A stretch of 63,596 nt of DNA, filler included, from Anaerolineae bacterium (GTDB lineage: Bacteria; Chloroflexota; Anaerolineae; B4-G1; DUEL01): assembly GCA_041082215.1 (NCBI GenBank). It is 14 parts of 14 records of this genome, joined end to end, with 100 filler letters (N's around TTAATTAATTAA, not from the genome) between each part and the next. Parts side by side here need not be neighbours in the genome. Positions count along the whole stretch, not along the records: positions 1 to 20,553 come from JBDOIF010000030.1; positions 20,654 to 22,803 come from JBDOIF010000099.1; positions 22,904 to 32,318 come from JBDOIF010000114.1; 11 more parts are not named here. One strand, 5' to 3'. The notes beneath the pieces are model-generated. The model was not told where the DNA came from. It ran no database searches and was given only the letters and a program-made list of their open reading frames with translations. Shown piece after piece: positions 19,763-29,844 of the stretch; the first letter of the stretch is position 1, and each line of letters opens with the position of its first letter. The translations under genes were made by a program, and so were the position numbers.

Positions 19763-19909
19763 ACCTTCTCCCATCCGGACTCTCACCGTCGGCTCCGGAC
19801 TGGACGGCGATGCCGTCTTCACCGGATCTGCCGCCTGAGCGGCTCGCGGGCTTGGCAGGCCCTGGGCCTGCCCTACCGCCGGTCGGGGATTTCACCCTGC
19901 CCCGAAGGT
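19763..19909 (-). ncRNA. FMN riboswitch (RFN element)
   Basis: Minus strand CTTCGGGGCAGGGTGAAATCCCCGACCGGCGGT...AGCCCGCGAGC...GCAGATCCGGTG...CCGGAGCCGACGGTGAGAGTCCGGATGGGAGAAG. Confidence 0.96.
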
Positions 19910-19935
19910 GATCGAGTTTGACAGTTGTGGTGTTG

Positions 19936-19963
19936 ATTATACCTCCCCTGACGAAACTGTCAA
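19936..19963 (-). promoter_or_regulatory. Sigma70 promoter for the FMN riboswitch operon
   Basis: Minus strand TTGACA (19963-19958), 16 nt, TATAAT (19941-19936). Confidence 0.75.
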
Positions 19964-20106
19964 GTTTGATGAACCGGGCTTCGGGCAAAAGTTCGGACAG
20001 GGCCGGAGAGCGACCCTCACCCCACCCGGAAGGGGGCCAGGGGGTGGGGTGAGGGCAATAGGGTGAGGTCAGAAGCGGCCAATGAGCGCCTGTGCCCAAA
20101 CTGACG

Positions 20107-20170
20107 TCCGAACGGCTGGCCGCTCAGCCGCGCCGCCGAAGGCGGCGTCGGCTGCAGCGGCGGGTTAGCC
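20107..20170 (-). mobile_element. Integron attC recombination site (64 bp)
   Basis: Minus strand GGCTAAC (R'')...GCTGCAGCCG-ACGCCGCC-TTC-GGCGGCG-CGGCTGAGC...GTTCGGA (R'); imperfect palindrome with unpaired bases, overlapping the TAA of the upstream gene. Confidence 0.78.
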
Positions 20171-20553
20171 CGCACCCCCGTCTTCCAGAGGATATACCAC
20201 CAGGGGCTTCGCTTTTCCTTTGACGCTGATCTCTCGCCTAACGCCAACGCGAACCGCTCGCCCTATCTTGTTGTAGACATTCTCAGATATTAGCACTTCG
20301 CCTGATTGCGCCGCGCTTTCGATGCGTTTGCATGTATTCACAGTATCGCCAATCACGTCGTAGAATTTTACCCCTGCGCTTCCTAACAACCCTTCCACGA
20401 GCAGTCCGCTCTCCAGCCCAATGCCTACTCCAAGATGTGCGCTCGATAGCAACTGCTTGATTTGACTGCGAAGTTCGAGGGCTGCCCGAACGGCTGAATC
20501 TGCCGTTGAGAAAACCGCCATCACTTCATCGGCGGACAATTTGAATTTGATGG
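20165..20553 (-). CDS. Class III adenylate/guanylate cyclase domain protein (5'-truncated), probable gene cassette
   Basis: ADEVMAVF, GIGL.SG, YDVIGDTVN..KRIES, VKGK; visibly more AT-rich than its neighbours. Confidence 0.85.
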
Positions 20554-20653
20554 NNNNNNNNNNNNNNNNNNNNNNNNNNNNNNNNNNNNNNNNNNNNTTA
20601 ATTAATTAANNNNNNNNNNNNNNNNNNNNNNNNNNNNNNNNNNNNNNNNNNNN
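20554..20653. other. Artificial contig linker (first of 13)
   Basis: N44-TTAATTAATTAA-N44; others start at 22804, 32319, 37647, 39795, 41168, 45443, 47392, 48836, 57209, 58611, 59769 and 62127. Confidence 0.97.
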
Positions 20654-20949
20654 GGGGCTACCTCCCGCAGGGGCGTCTTGTAGGGCAAATGGGGGTAGAG
20701 GTTCCAGGGGGAGTAAGGGTTACCGTCTATCTTGGCGGCCACCCCGTCCAGCAGCCGGACCTTGATGCCGCACTGGGTGTTGCACTGCTGGCAGACGGTA
20801 TAGACGACGTTGCCGGGTTCGGCCAGCGGGTAGTAGTTCCCCCCGCCGTCCGGGTCTATCTTTGCCAGCACGTTCACCGCCTGATGGAACAACGCCGTTC
20901 CTCCCACAAAAGCCGAAAGGGTCAGAAATTCCCGTCGGGTCAGTCTCAT
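20654..20949 (-). CDS. Tat-exported molybdopterin oxidoreductase catalytic subunit, N-terminal fragment (TtrA/SrdA-like)
   Basis: LTRREFL Tat motif, CQQCNTQC Fe-S motif, KIDGNPYSP. Confidence 0.8.
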
Positions 20950-21003
20950 CGTTCCCTCCTTGTCAGGTCGCATGTCGCAGGACGCATGTCGCAGGACGCA
21001 GGG

Positions 21004-22236
21004 TTATGCCCGTGCCTCCTCGGCCCGCAGGGGCAGGAGCCAGAAGCCCAGGGCCAGGATGAGCGCGCCCGCGCCGATGCAGAAGAGGGTCACGCCCCAC
21101 TCCGTCCAGGTGGGAGAGTAGAAGCGGTAGACCCAGTGGGGCTCCATAAAGGAGCGGCCGATGCCTGGCAGTTCCTCCACGGCGAAACCCGGCAGGACGA
21201 TGTTCCAGCGGATGCCGATGAAGCCGATGGTGGCGCTCAGCGCCGCGATGCCGGTCCAGAGGGCACTCTTCCGGCCCAGGAAGGTCAGGATGAGCATCGG
21301 GCCCACCAGCGCCATGCCCATGCCCAGGACCCAGAAAATCCACCAGTTGGGGCCGAAGAGTTGCTCCTGGATGGGGATGAAGTGGGCCGGGACGGTGCCG
21401 TAGAGGCTGACCAGAATCTCGGCAATCTCCATGAGAAAGTCCACAAAGAGCAAAAGGACCAGAAGTCGGCCCAGGCCGATGACTTCCTCCCGGTGCTCCC
21501 CCAGGCCGTTGGGGACGAGAAAGGCGACGATAGCCGTGAGGAGCGCGCCGCCGGAGGCCAGCGCGGAGACCAGGAACATGATGGGGAAGAGGCCACTGTA
21601 CCAGTAGGCACGGGCAGTGGTGACTGCGAAGACGGTCCCCGTCCCGCCGTGAAAGGCGATGGCCAGCGGGATACCGATGGTCGCCAGAACCCGCACCACC
21701 TTCCGGTCCCGCTCCAGGGCCTTCGGGCTCAGGTCCCGCACCCCCAGGGTCAGAATCCGGTAGAGGCGGGCTTTCCCGCCCTTTCCTTCCGAGCCGCGCA
21801 CAAAACTGGGGCGCATAACGAACCAGATTTCGGCCGTCAACAGAATCAGGTAGAGAGTGTAGAGCCAGACGATCCAGGCCAGGGGCGAGGTGATGCCGGG
21901 GTGGAGGAAGACGAAGAAGAACCGTTCCATATGCCCCAGGTCCAGCCAGACGAAGAGGAGCGCGGTCAGAAGGGAGACCAGCGCGACGAAGAGGGCCAGC
22001 CGTCCAATGCGCTCAAACTGCCTCGTCCCGAAGACGTAGACCAGGGATGAGAGGAGGAACGCACCAGCGGAAAGGCCGATGAAATAGATGTAGAACGCCA
22101 GCCACATGGCCCAGGGGACGGGAGTGCTCCAGCCCACGTTCAGCATCCCATGGGTCAGCCGGTCTATCAGCCCCGATAGGCCGACGGCCAGAAGAATGAG
22201 GCCGACGATGCCGATGAAGAGCGCGCGCTTGCCCAT
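21004..22236 (-). CDS. NrfD/PsrC-family membrane anchor subunit
   Basis: PW...AFYIYFIGLSAG, DLGH.ERF, SPL, FLVSALASG. Confidence 0.88.
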   Translation of the reverse strand: MGKRALFIGIVGLILLAVGLSGLIDRLTHGMLNVGWSTPVPWAMWLAFYIYFIGLSAGAFLLSSLVYVFGTRQFERIGRLALFVALVSLLTALLFVWLDLGHMERFFFVFLHPGITSPLAWIVWLYTLYLILLTAEIWFVMRPSFVRGSEGKGGKARLYRILTLGVRDLSPKALERDRKVVRVLATIGIPLAIAFHGGTGTVFAVTTARAYWYSGLFPIMFLVSALASGGALLTAIVAFLVPNGLGEHREEVIGLGRLLVLLLFVDFLMEIAEILVSLYGTVPAHFIPIQEQLFGPNWWIFWVLGMGMALVGPMLILTFLGRKSALWTGIAALSATIGFIGIRWNIVLPGFAVEELPGIGRSFMEPHWVYRFYSPTWTEWGVTLFCIGAGALILALGFWLLPLRAEEARA

Positions 22237-22245
22237 AGTCTCCTC

Positions 22246-22803
22246 CTATAACAGATAGTAGACGCTGGGTTCGGTGCCCAGTTCTTCTTTGAGGCGGATG
22301 GCCCGGGGGGAGGCGGCCATTTGGGCCACCAGGCTCTCCGGGTCGTTCAGGTCGCCGAAGATGCGCGCCTGCCCGATGCAGGTGGTCACACAGGCCGGCA
22401 GCATCCCCTTCTCCAGCCGGTGGAGGCAGAAGTGGCACTTGCGGGCATTGCCGATGGGGGAGCGCCAGGGGTTGCCTGGCTCCCGCTGGACCTCTTCCCC
22501 GTACTCAAAGGCGGGCATCACGTCCCACGGGGCCACCTCTGGTGTCTGTCCGGCGGTGTAGAAATTGCCGAAGTCAAAGGCGCGGGCCCCGTAGGGGCAG
22601 GCGGAGATGCAGTACCGGCAGCCGATACAGTCGTCGTAGTCCACGACGACGATGCCGTCGGCCCGCTTGTAGGTGGCCCGCACCGGGCAGACCCGGACGC
22701 AGGGGGGATTCTGGCAGTGGAGGCACGGGCGGGAGATAAAGCGCCGGGCCACGTTCGGATAGGTGCCGAACTCCTCGTCTATCACCACGTTGTAGACGAC
22801 ACC
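22246..22803 (-). CDS. 4Fe-4S electron-transfer subunit (TtrB/NrfC-like), 5'-truncated
   Basis: [38 protein letters not shown]. Confidence 0.9.
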   Translation of the reverse strand, partial: GVVYNVVIDEEFGTYPNVARRFISRPCLHCQNPPCVRVCPVRATYKRADGIVVVDYDDCIGCRYCISACPYGARAFDFGNFYTAGQTPEVAPWDVMPAFEYGEEVQREPGNPWRSPIGNARKCHFCLHRLEKGMLPACVTTCIGQARIFGDLNDPESLVAQMAASPRAIRLKEELGTEPSVYYLL

Positions 22804-22903
22804 NNNNNNNNNNNNNNNNNNNNNNNNNNNNNNNNNNNNNNNNNNNNTTAATTAATTAANNNNNNNNNNNNNNNNNNNNNNNNNNNNNNNNNNNNNNNNN
22901 NNN

Positions 22904-23619
22904 GCAGCGACAACGAGAAGCCAGAGCAGCCCATCGCGCAGCAGGAGCAGAGACGCGGAGAGGCGGAGACGCGGGGAGAGGAAGAGGCGAGAGAGCAAGC
23001 AGAGGGCAGTGAACGGCAGGAGAAAGAGGGCAGAGACCTTGGTGAGGATCGCCAGCCCGCCCAGAAGAGCCGAGATGATCAGGGAGCGCAGGCGGCACTC
23101 GCGGATGTAGAGAAAGAGCCACAGGGCAGAAAGGAGCATCAGGGTGGAAAGGAGCGCATCCAGGTGGAGAGTCTGGGAATTAGCCAGATAAAAGGGGTCG
23201 AGCGCCCACAGCAGAGCCGCGACCCAGGCCACCCGCCGATCGAAGAGACGACACAGGAGATACCAGCCCCAGAGGATGCCCAGGGAGACCAGCAGTGCCA
23301 GCGGCACCACCCCTACCGCCACCCGGTCGGCGAAGGCGTACCCCTCGGTCTGGAGCGGCGTGGGCGGGTTGAGGCCGAGCAGGGATTGGAGGCCGTACCA
23401 ACCCCACAGCGCCGCGCCGGAAAGCCACATCACCGTCACGCCAGGGTGTTCGGAGAAAAGCGTGCCGGCCCAGTCCCCCTCCATCACCGCCTGAAAGAAC
23501 TCCGCAGAGCGGAAGTACCACTGGAGCGGTCGGGAGATGGGATGAAGGACGCGGGGAAGGAAGGCCAGAAGGAAGAGGGCCAGCAAGGCCCATCGCTCAA
23601 CCCGATGCGGCCCTTTCAT
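22904..23619 (-). CDS. ArnT/PMT-like (GT-C) glycosyltransferase, 3'-truncated
   Basis: Multi-TM protein with EHPG, ALDPF, LHLD and GLAILTK. Confidence 0.7.
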
Positions 23620-24760
23620 ATATCCTTTCCAGGAACAGCACAGTCTTCCGACCGATCCGCTCCCAGGCGAACTCCGCTGCCAGCACCGCTGCCCCCTCCC
23701 CCAGCCGCGCCCGAAGGGCCGGGTCGGCGGCCAGCCGCATCACCGCCTCCGCCAGCCCATCGGGATCGCGCGGCCCGACCAGCAGCATGTTCTCCCCGTC
23801 CCGCACCTCCGGCAACTCCACCGCCGGCCGGGTGGTAACCACCGGTCGGCCGTGAGCCAGGCAGGCGTGCAGCGTCCCCCGCCGGAAGGAGACCCCATCC
23901 CGATACGGCAGCACACACACATCCGTCGCCAGAAGCCCCGCCGACACCGCCTCGGGGTGAGTGTAGCCGGTCCAGTGGACCCGCCCATCCAGCCCTAACT
24001 CGCCGATCAGCCGCTCCACCCGTTCCGCGTAGGCCCGGTTGGTGGGGTCGGAGCTGCCCACCCGTCCGCCGATCATCAGGAGGTGGGCCGACATCCCCCG
24101 CTCCACCAGCCGGGCCAGCGCCTGCACCAGTTCCTCCCCTCCCTTGCTCTCGTTGAGGAAGCCAAAGTAGCCCAGGAGGAGGTCGTCTGGCCCCACCTCC
24201 CAGCGAGCCCGCTCGGCGGAGCGATCGTACGTCGGTGGGGGGGCTGGCGGGATGTTGCTCCCGATGGGGATAAGGGCCAGCCGGTCAAGAGGGACCTCCT
24301 CCTCCAGCCGCAGGAAGTCCTCCTGGTTGGTGACGATCACCCCATCGGCCCGGCGGGCCAGCATCCGCACCACCTGCCACCGGAGCGGCCCGGCTTTGGG
24401 GAAGAGGTAGGGCACCTTCAGGTCGTGAAAAGTCACCACCACCGGCCGCTCCCGGCGACGGGGGAGGAAATTGATCGCCGGATGCATCCCGTAGGCCGCC
24501 GCCTGGTACTGGACGTCCAGCAGGTCCAGCGAGAGCTCCCGCGCCAGCCCCAGCACCCGTCGCCAGCAGCCCCAGCCCCAATCCAGGATGACGCGGTGAA
24601 CAATGAGAGAGAAAGCTACAGCGTATTGCGCGTTGCGTGTGTCGGTGAGGACGTGGACCTCGTGGCCGAGGGTGGTCAACGCCTCCCCCAGCCGGAGGGT
24701 GAAATCCCCCACCCCGCCCTGATCGGGGGGAAACTCGCCGGTCACCAATCCGATGCGCAT
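23597..24760 (-). CDS. Glycosyltransferase family 4
   Basis: GEFPP..GGVGD, TFHD, FGFL..SKG, LPY.DG.S.RRG. Confidence 0.85.
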   Translation of the reverse strand: MRIGLVTGEFPPDQGGVGDFTLRLGEALTTLGHEVHVLTDTRNAQYAVAFSLIVHRVILDWGWGCWRRVLGLARELSLDLLDVQYQAAAYGMHPAINFLPRRRERPVVVTFHDLKVPYLFPKAGPLRWQVVRMLARRADGVIVTNQEDFLRLEEEVPLDRLALIPIGSNIPPAPPPTYDRSAERARWEVGPDDLLLGYFGFLNESKGGEELVQALARLVERGMSAHLLMIGGRVGSSDPTNRAYAERVERLIGELGLDGRVHWTGYTHPEAVSAGLLATDVCVLPYRDGVSFRRGTLHACLAHGRPVVTTRPAVELPEVRDGENMLLVGPRDPDGLAEAVMRLAADPALRARLGEGAAVLAAEFAWERIGRKTVLFLERIYERAASG

Positions 24761-24796
24761 ATTCCTTGCTTGGCAGGACAACTCATACGAGTTGTC

Positions 24797-25591
24797 CTAC
24801 ACATACAGGTCCCTCCGGGTGTACGTTACATACGCACCCACTGTGCTGAGCAGAATAATCCCCAGCGACAACAATACAAAAGCCCCATCAACCCTCGATT
24901 CGCGCAGCAGCACCCCTGCATCGAAGTATTTGAAGGGAGAGAAGTACCTGACAAACTTCAGGTCCGGATCCAGGCTGGGGACAATCGAGAGGAAATAGGT
25001 TCCCAACAGCAGGGATATGGCCACCGAGCCAGCCCGTCTGTACTGCCGCATGGCGCAGCCCAGAAAGAGGCCCAGGGCCAGGAACACCAACTGGACGATG
25101 AAGATCGTCAGCATACAGAGGGCCAGGAACCGATAAAACTCGCTGTCCGGCTCGTATTGTGCCGCAGTGACAAGGGAGATGCCCCATGTGATGAGCAACA
25201 GCCCCACACAATTGACCAGCGCCGCCAGGGCCTTGGCCGTCACCAGGCGGCTGCGGGTCACCGGCAGGGTCAACGAAAACTCGACGGTCTTGTCACGCTC
25301 CTCCTTGGAGATGATATCGCTGCCCCACATCGCCGCCGCGATGCCCAGGATGAGGGCAAAATAGGTATGCATCACGCCGAAAAATCCGGAAAGGGTGGTC
25401 AGATTGAATGCCTGCAAACTGAACGCAGCCATCACCGCTGGAGGTATGCTCTCCAGCATCGCCAGCATCTCCGGATTGCCCTCGTAGGCGGCGAACTTGG
25501 CTATCGCCACCACCACAAACAGGACCACGATCACCCCCCAGATGAAGAGCGACCTCAGATTCGCTTTCAGTTCGCGGATAAAGATATTCAT
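24797..25591 (-). CDS. ABC-2 type transporter permease
   Basis: ISKEE.DKT.EF.LT.PV.R, SPFKYF, YTRRDL. Confidence 0.85.
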   Translation of the reverse strand: MNIFIRELKANLRSLFIWGVIVVLFVVVAIAKFAAYEGNPEMLAMLESIPPAVMAAFSLQAFNLTTLSGFFGVMHTYFALILGIAAAMWGSDIISKEERDKTVEFSLTLPVTRSRLVTAKALAALVNCVGLLLITWGISLVTAAQYEPDSEFYRFLALCMLTIFIVQLVFLALGLFLGCAMRQYRRAGSVAISLLLGTYFLSIVPSLDPDLKFVRYFSPFKYFDAGVLLRESRVDGAFVLLSLGIILLSTVGAYVTYTRRDLYV

Positions 25592-25601
25592 CCCAGCCTC
25601 C

Positions 25602-26411
25602 TCACACCACAGCGGGGATGTCCCTCCTGGTGTAGAGCACGTAACTGGCCACCAGAGAAACCACAATGACGGAGATGTCGAACAGCACCAGCGGCACATC
25701 ATAGGCCCCCTGCTGGACGATGTACCGTGGCTCGAAATGCTTGAAGGGAGTGAGTTTTTCCAGGACACTTTCACCGAGCATGTCGCCGAAAACGCCCAGC
25801 ACGTACATCCCAAACCCCAGCCCCATCGCGTAGGGGGTCACGCTCCGTATCCGCCTGACCAAGAGTGACACCACCAGGCCAACACCCAGAAAGAACAACT
25901 GGAACACCACGATGCTCAGCAGCAACAGGAGCAGGGTCCGGGTCTCGTACGTCTTCTCCCCCTTGAACAGGTGGATAAAGCCGAAGCTGCTGATCCAGAC
26001 GACCGCATTGGTGATGGTCAGGGCGGTAAAGGCGGCAAGCAACTTGCTGTTCAGAATCTGGGTGCGCTTCACCGGCTTGGTCAGCAGAAAATCCGCCGTC
26101 CACTCCCTTTCCTCAGTGGAGACGAGGGAGAACCCGTAGTTCGCCGCCTGGATCGCCAGGCAGATCTGGACAAAGAGAAAGACGAGGCTGTAATAGCCAA
26201 GAACAGTTGAGAGGTCCACGCCGGTCATGCCAAAGGCGGTGAGAAACTCCTTGGGGAACCGGGCCATCGCTTCGTTGAGGAGCGCGGCGCTCTCGGCAAA
26301 AGAGGGGTAGAGTGAGAAATAGAGCAGGATCAGGGCTACGATCGCCACCGACCAGGTGACCACAGACCGCAGGTGCATTTTGAACTCGTGCAGGAAGATA
26401 TTTGCCCGCAT
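25602..26411 (-). CDS. ABC-2 type transporter permease (paralog)
   Basis: S.EERE.TADFLLTKPVKR, TPFKHF, YTRRDI. Confidence 0.85.
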   Translation of the reverse strand: MRANIFLHEFKMHLRSVVTWSVAIVALILLYFSLYPSFAESAALLNEAMARFPKEFLTAFGMTGVDLSTVLGYYSLVFLFVQICLAIQAANYGFSLVSTEEREWTADFLLTKPVKRTQILNSKLLAAFTALTITNAVVWISSFGFIHLFKGEKTYETRTLLLLLLSIVVFQLFFLGVGLVVSLLVRRIRSVTPYAMGLGFGMYVLGVFGDMLGESVLEKLTPFKHFEPRYIVQQGAYDVPLVLFDISVIVVSLVASYVLYTRRDIPAVV

Positions 26412-26420
26412 CGTCACCCT

Positions 26421-27293
26421 CTATTCGTAATAATGCATGAAGATCTCTTCCAGGGTCGGTTCCTCGATCATCACATCCGAGACCGGGCTTTCTCCGATCC
26501 GGCGCAATAGCGCGTTGACATCGCCTTTGTAGAAGAAATGGACCTCGCCGTTGGCGCACTCCAGATTGGTCACACCAGGGAGGTCGAAACGGGCCGCGCT
26601 GAGGCCGTCGCCGACAACCCGGACCTTCTTATAGTTGTCCCGTTGTAGCGTCCGAATGTCCGCGATCTCGATAAGCCGGCCCTCCTTGATGATACCGACG
26701 CGGTTACACAGGCGCTGCACTTCGCTCAGGATGTGGGAGGAGAAGAAGACCGTCACCCCACGGCTGTTCTCCTCCCGGACAAGCTGGAAGAACTTGCGCT
26801 GCATCAGCGGGTCGAGGCCGGCAGTGGGTTCATCCAGGAAAAGCAGTTTGGGCTGATGCAACAGCCCCTGCACGATCCCCACCTTCTTCTTGTTGCCGTA
26901 GGAAAGGTCCTCGATGCGGCGGTGCAGCTCCAGTTCCATCAGTTCGGCCAGCTCGTACATCCGTCGCGTGCAGTCCCGGTTGTAGAAACTGGCCGAATAC
27001 TTGAGCAGATCAATGACCCGCATCCGCTCGTAGTAGAAGACCTCTGACGGCAGGTAGCCGATATCCTGCCGGAGTTCCGGCCCATACCGGATACAGTCCT
27101 TGCCAAAAATCGTGGCGCTGCCGCTGGTGGGGTAGATCAGGGAGAGGAACAATCGGATCGTCGTGGACTTGCCTGCCCCGTTCGGCCCGATGAAGCCGAA
27201 GATCTCCCCCTCCTCCACCTGAAACGAGACGTCAATGATTCCCCGCGCTTTGCCGTAGTACTTGGTCAGATGGTTGGCTTCAATGACGATCAT
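26421..27293 (-). CDS. ABC transporter ATP-binding protein
   Basis: GPNGAGKST, LSYGNKKK, LDEPTAGLD, SSH; AAAGGAG RBS. Confidence 0.92.
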   Translation of the reverse strand: MIVIEANHLTKYYGKARGIIDVSFQVEEGEIFGFIGPNGAGKSTTIRLFLSLIYPTSGSATIFGKDCIRYGPELRQDIGYLPSEVFYYERMRVIDLLKYSASFYNRDCTRRMYELAELMELELHRRIEDLSYGNKKKVGIVQGLLHQPKLLFLDEPTAGLDPLMQRKFFQLVREENSRGVTVFFSSHILSEVQRLCNRVGIIKEGRLIEIADIRTLQRDNYKKVRVVGDGLSAARFDLPGVTNLECANGEVHFFYKGDVNALLRRIGESPVSDVMIEEPTLEEIFMHYYE

Positions 27294-27309
27294 AATGATA
27301 CTCCTTTCT

Positions 27310-29805
27310 TTACTCCCGTATCTCAATCCTCGCCAGCGGCAGCCGGTCATCCGGCATGCGCACACCGTTCCGGTAGGCCGGCAGCCTGACCAGGCTTTCC
27401 GGGTCGTACAGCCCCACCTCGACGGAGTACAACCCCGGCTCCAGGTCCTCCGGCAGGACCAGCGCCCGCTCGTCCGCCACCACCTCGCCGGGTGACCAGG
27501 TGTAGGGAGGGCGGGTGTCGTGGTAAGCCCACCCGTCAGACTGCGGGCCAAGGTTGCCATCGGCATCGTACAGGTGAAGAAAGACCTTGGCGTCGCTGCC
27601 GGTCGCTGTCACTATCTGCCAGTATAACACCAACGGCACCGTTTCACCAGCCCGCCAGACCTGCTCCTCCAGGTCGAAACCAAGCAGGCGGATCCCCCCC
27701 TCGAAGACGGCCTCCACCTGTCGCCCAATCTCGACAGGTCGGACCTCCGGCTCCCCCTGCAAGAACCAGAAGTAGTAGGGGGCATAGTGGCGGAAATCCG
27801 GATCCTCCGCATCCACCCGCAACACCAGGCGCGTCCGGGCAGAGGTGATGGACCCGCCAGGCACCCGGAAGACCGTCTCCAGCCACTGCCCGGGCACAGC
27901 AGGGTAGGCCCAGTGGCCCACGTCCTGCCCATCCACCTCCACCCGCACTGCCCCAGCCTCCTGCGCATGCAGCCGGGCCACGATCCAGAGGGGCTGGCCC
28001 GGACGGGTCTGCACATCGAAGCCGATCCCCCCTGTCAGCAGCCGCCCACCATCCAGCACCTCCCGGTCGGGGAGGACGCGATAGGCCATCTGCCAGACCT
28101 CGGTGGGGAAGCCCGACCGATGGGCTTCGTGCCACCACACCACATTGTGGGCTGCCTCGTCGGCCAGATCGGCCACATCCAGCGTGTCCACCAGCCGCAG
28201 GCCGGACGTGCGCTGGATGACGTCGGGCTGGTAGAACCGCTCGCCGCTGCCGGCCAGGCTCCAGTCGGCCCGCCACACCCCCTGGACCGGGCCGGCGCTG
28301 GCGACGGCATAATCCGGCACCTCGACCCGGAGCAATTCCTCAGCAAAGAGGTCGGTGGCCGCAAGATAGGGGATCGAGAATACGTCCGGATAGATGGCGA
28401 AGTAGTCGGGGCGCATCGGCGAGTGTTCCATCAGCTCGAAAACGCTCCCCGCCCCGTGCCGCCAGGCGATGGCGGCACCCGGCGTGGTCAGCCCGATCAG
28501 GTCACAGGTCGGATGGTCTCCCAGATAACGGAGGCTGCCGGCGTCGTGGACCCCCACCCGGGCCCCGGCGGGGAGGTTCTGGCGCAGCCACTCGGCCACG
28601 ACCCGCTGCTGAGCCGCCACCGTCTCCACCGCCTGCCAGTAGACCTCCCGGCCCATAACGCCGGTATACGCCGAGGCGACGATCAACACAAGCCCGATCC
28701 CCACCGCAGGATACCGCCACCTTCCTCCTCTCCCGTGCAGGGCTGCCAGCCCGCCGAACGCCAGGGCGGAAAGGAGAGGGGCGAGAGGGACCTGATAGCG
28801 GCCGTAATGCCAGAGGGCGGTAATCAGAGTAGCGATGGAGAGTGTCCCCAGAAAAAACCACGAAGCTGTCAGGATCAGCGACTCCCACCGTCGCCGCATC
28901 GCCAGCGCACCCCACCCTGCGAAGGAAAAGACCAGCAATCCGGGCGGGAAAAACCATTGCGCCGGGCTTCCCCATCCCAGGAAGCGCTCTAAGATTTGGC
29001 CATAGAAGAGCAGGACGGAACGGGCGATCTCCGCCGGGTAGAAGGGGACATTATACAGCCACGACTTGGCCTGTACGCCTGAAGCCACCGCCGTGCCCGT
29101 CAGGAGCCAGTTGACCCCAAGCGGCGCCAGCCCCACCGCCACCGCTGCGGAAAGGGGGCCTACCTGCCGCCAGCGGATCGCGCGACGCCGGACCAGGTCG
29201 CCAGCAAGCGCCACCGTCCAGGCCAGCCCCGCCAGAATCAGCCCCTCCGGCCGGGCCAGCCCCGCCAGCCCCAGCCAGAGCGCACTCCAACCAGGCCGTC
29301 TGGCCAGGAAAGCGTCCAGGCCTGCCAGGGTGAGCACCGTGAACAGCCCGGTCTCCATCCCGTTGAAGCAGCCCCATTGCACCGGGCCGCTGAGGAGGAC
29401 GAGCGCCGCGGCCCCCGTTGCCCAGCTCCTGGCGTCCTGCCCCTCGCCGGTCAGCCGGAGCGTCAGGCGGCAGGTCAGCCAGCCGATCAATCCCAGCCAC
29501 AGAACCCCCATTCCCAGAGCAAGCGCCACCTGCCGCTCACCGGTAAACCCGATGAGGTAGAAGCCCGCCAGCAGGAACCCATATAGCGGGCTGGTCATCC
29601 CTGTCGTTGGCGGATCCCCATCGTTGTACTGGTAGGGATAGCCGCGCGCGATCTGGCGGGCGTACTGGAAGGTGATGTAAGCGTCATCCAGAGGGGCAAC
29701 GGCAGGCCCGTCGGCAACGGTGGACGCCGTGGCCAGATAGGCCGCACTGACCACTGCCATAAGCATAAGGACCGAGAAAAGAGCCCACCGATCCGGGATC
29801 CTCAT
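27310..29805 (-). CDS. Large polytopic membrane protein, putative GT-C glycosyltransferase
   Basis: LDDAYITFQYA, TG.TSPL, GMET, RPEG, DLIGL; C-terminal LLGFD...LYWQ...VFLHL domain. Confidence 0.7.
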   Translation of the reverse strand: MRIPDRWALFSVLMLMAVVSAAYLATASTVADGPAVAPLDDAYITFQYARQIARGYPYQYNDGDPPTTGMTSPLYGFLLAGFYLIGFTGERQVALALGMGVLWLGLIGWLTCRLTLRLTGEGQDARSWATGAAALVLLSGPVQWGCFNGMETGLFTVLTLAGLDAFLARRPGWSALWLGLAGLARPEGLILAGLAWTVALAGDLVRRRAIRWRQVGPLSAAVAVGLAPLGVNWLLTGTAVASGVQAKSWLYNVPFYPAEIARSVLLFYGQILERFLGWGSPAQWFFPPGLLVFSFAGWGALAMRRRWESLILTASWFFLGTLSIATLITALWHYGRYQVPLAPLLSALAFGGLAALHGRGGRWRYPAVGIGLVLIVASAYTGVMGREVYWQAVETVAAQQRVVAEWLRQNLPAGARVGVHDAGSLRYLGDHPTCDLIGLTTPGAAIAWRHGAGSVFELMEHSPMRPDYFAIYPDVFSIPYLAATDLFAEELLRVEVPDYAVASAGPVQGVWRADWSLAGSGERFYQPDVIQRTSGLRLVDTLDVADLADEAAHNVVWWHEAHRSGFPTEVWQMAYRVLPDREVLDGGRLLTGGIGFDVQTRPGQPLWIVARLHAQEAGAVRVEVDGQDVGHWAYPAVPGQWLETVFRVPGGSITSARTRLVLRVDAEDPDFRHYAPYYFWFLQGEPEVRPVEIGRQVEAVFEGGIRLLGFDLEEQVWRAGETVPLVLYWQIVTATGSDAKVFLHLYDADGNLGPQSDGWAYHDTRPPYTWSPGEVVADERALVLPEDLEPGLYSVEVGLYDPESLVRLPAYRNGVRMPDDRLPLARIEIRE

Positions 29806-29844
29806 TCCAGCCCTCCAGCGGCCAGGCTGATCCCCATCGTGTAC

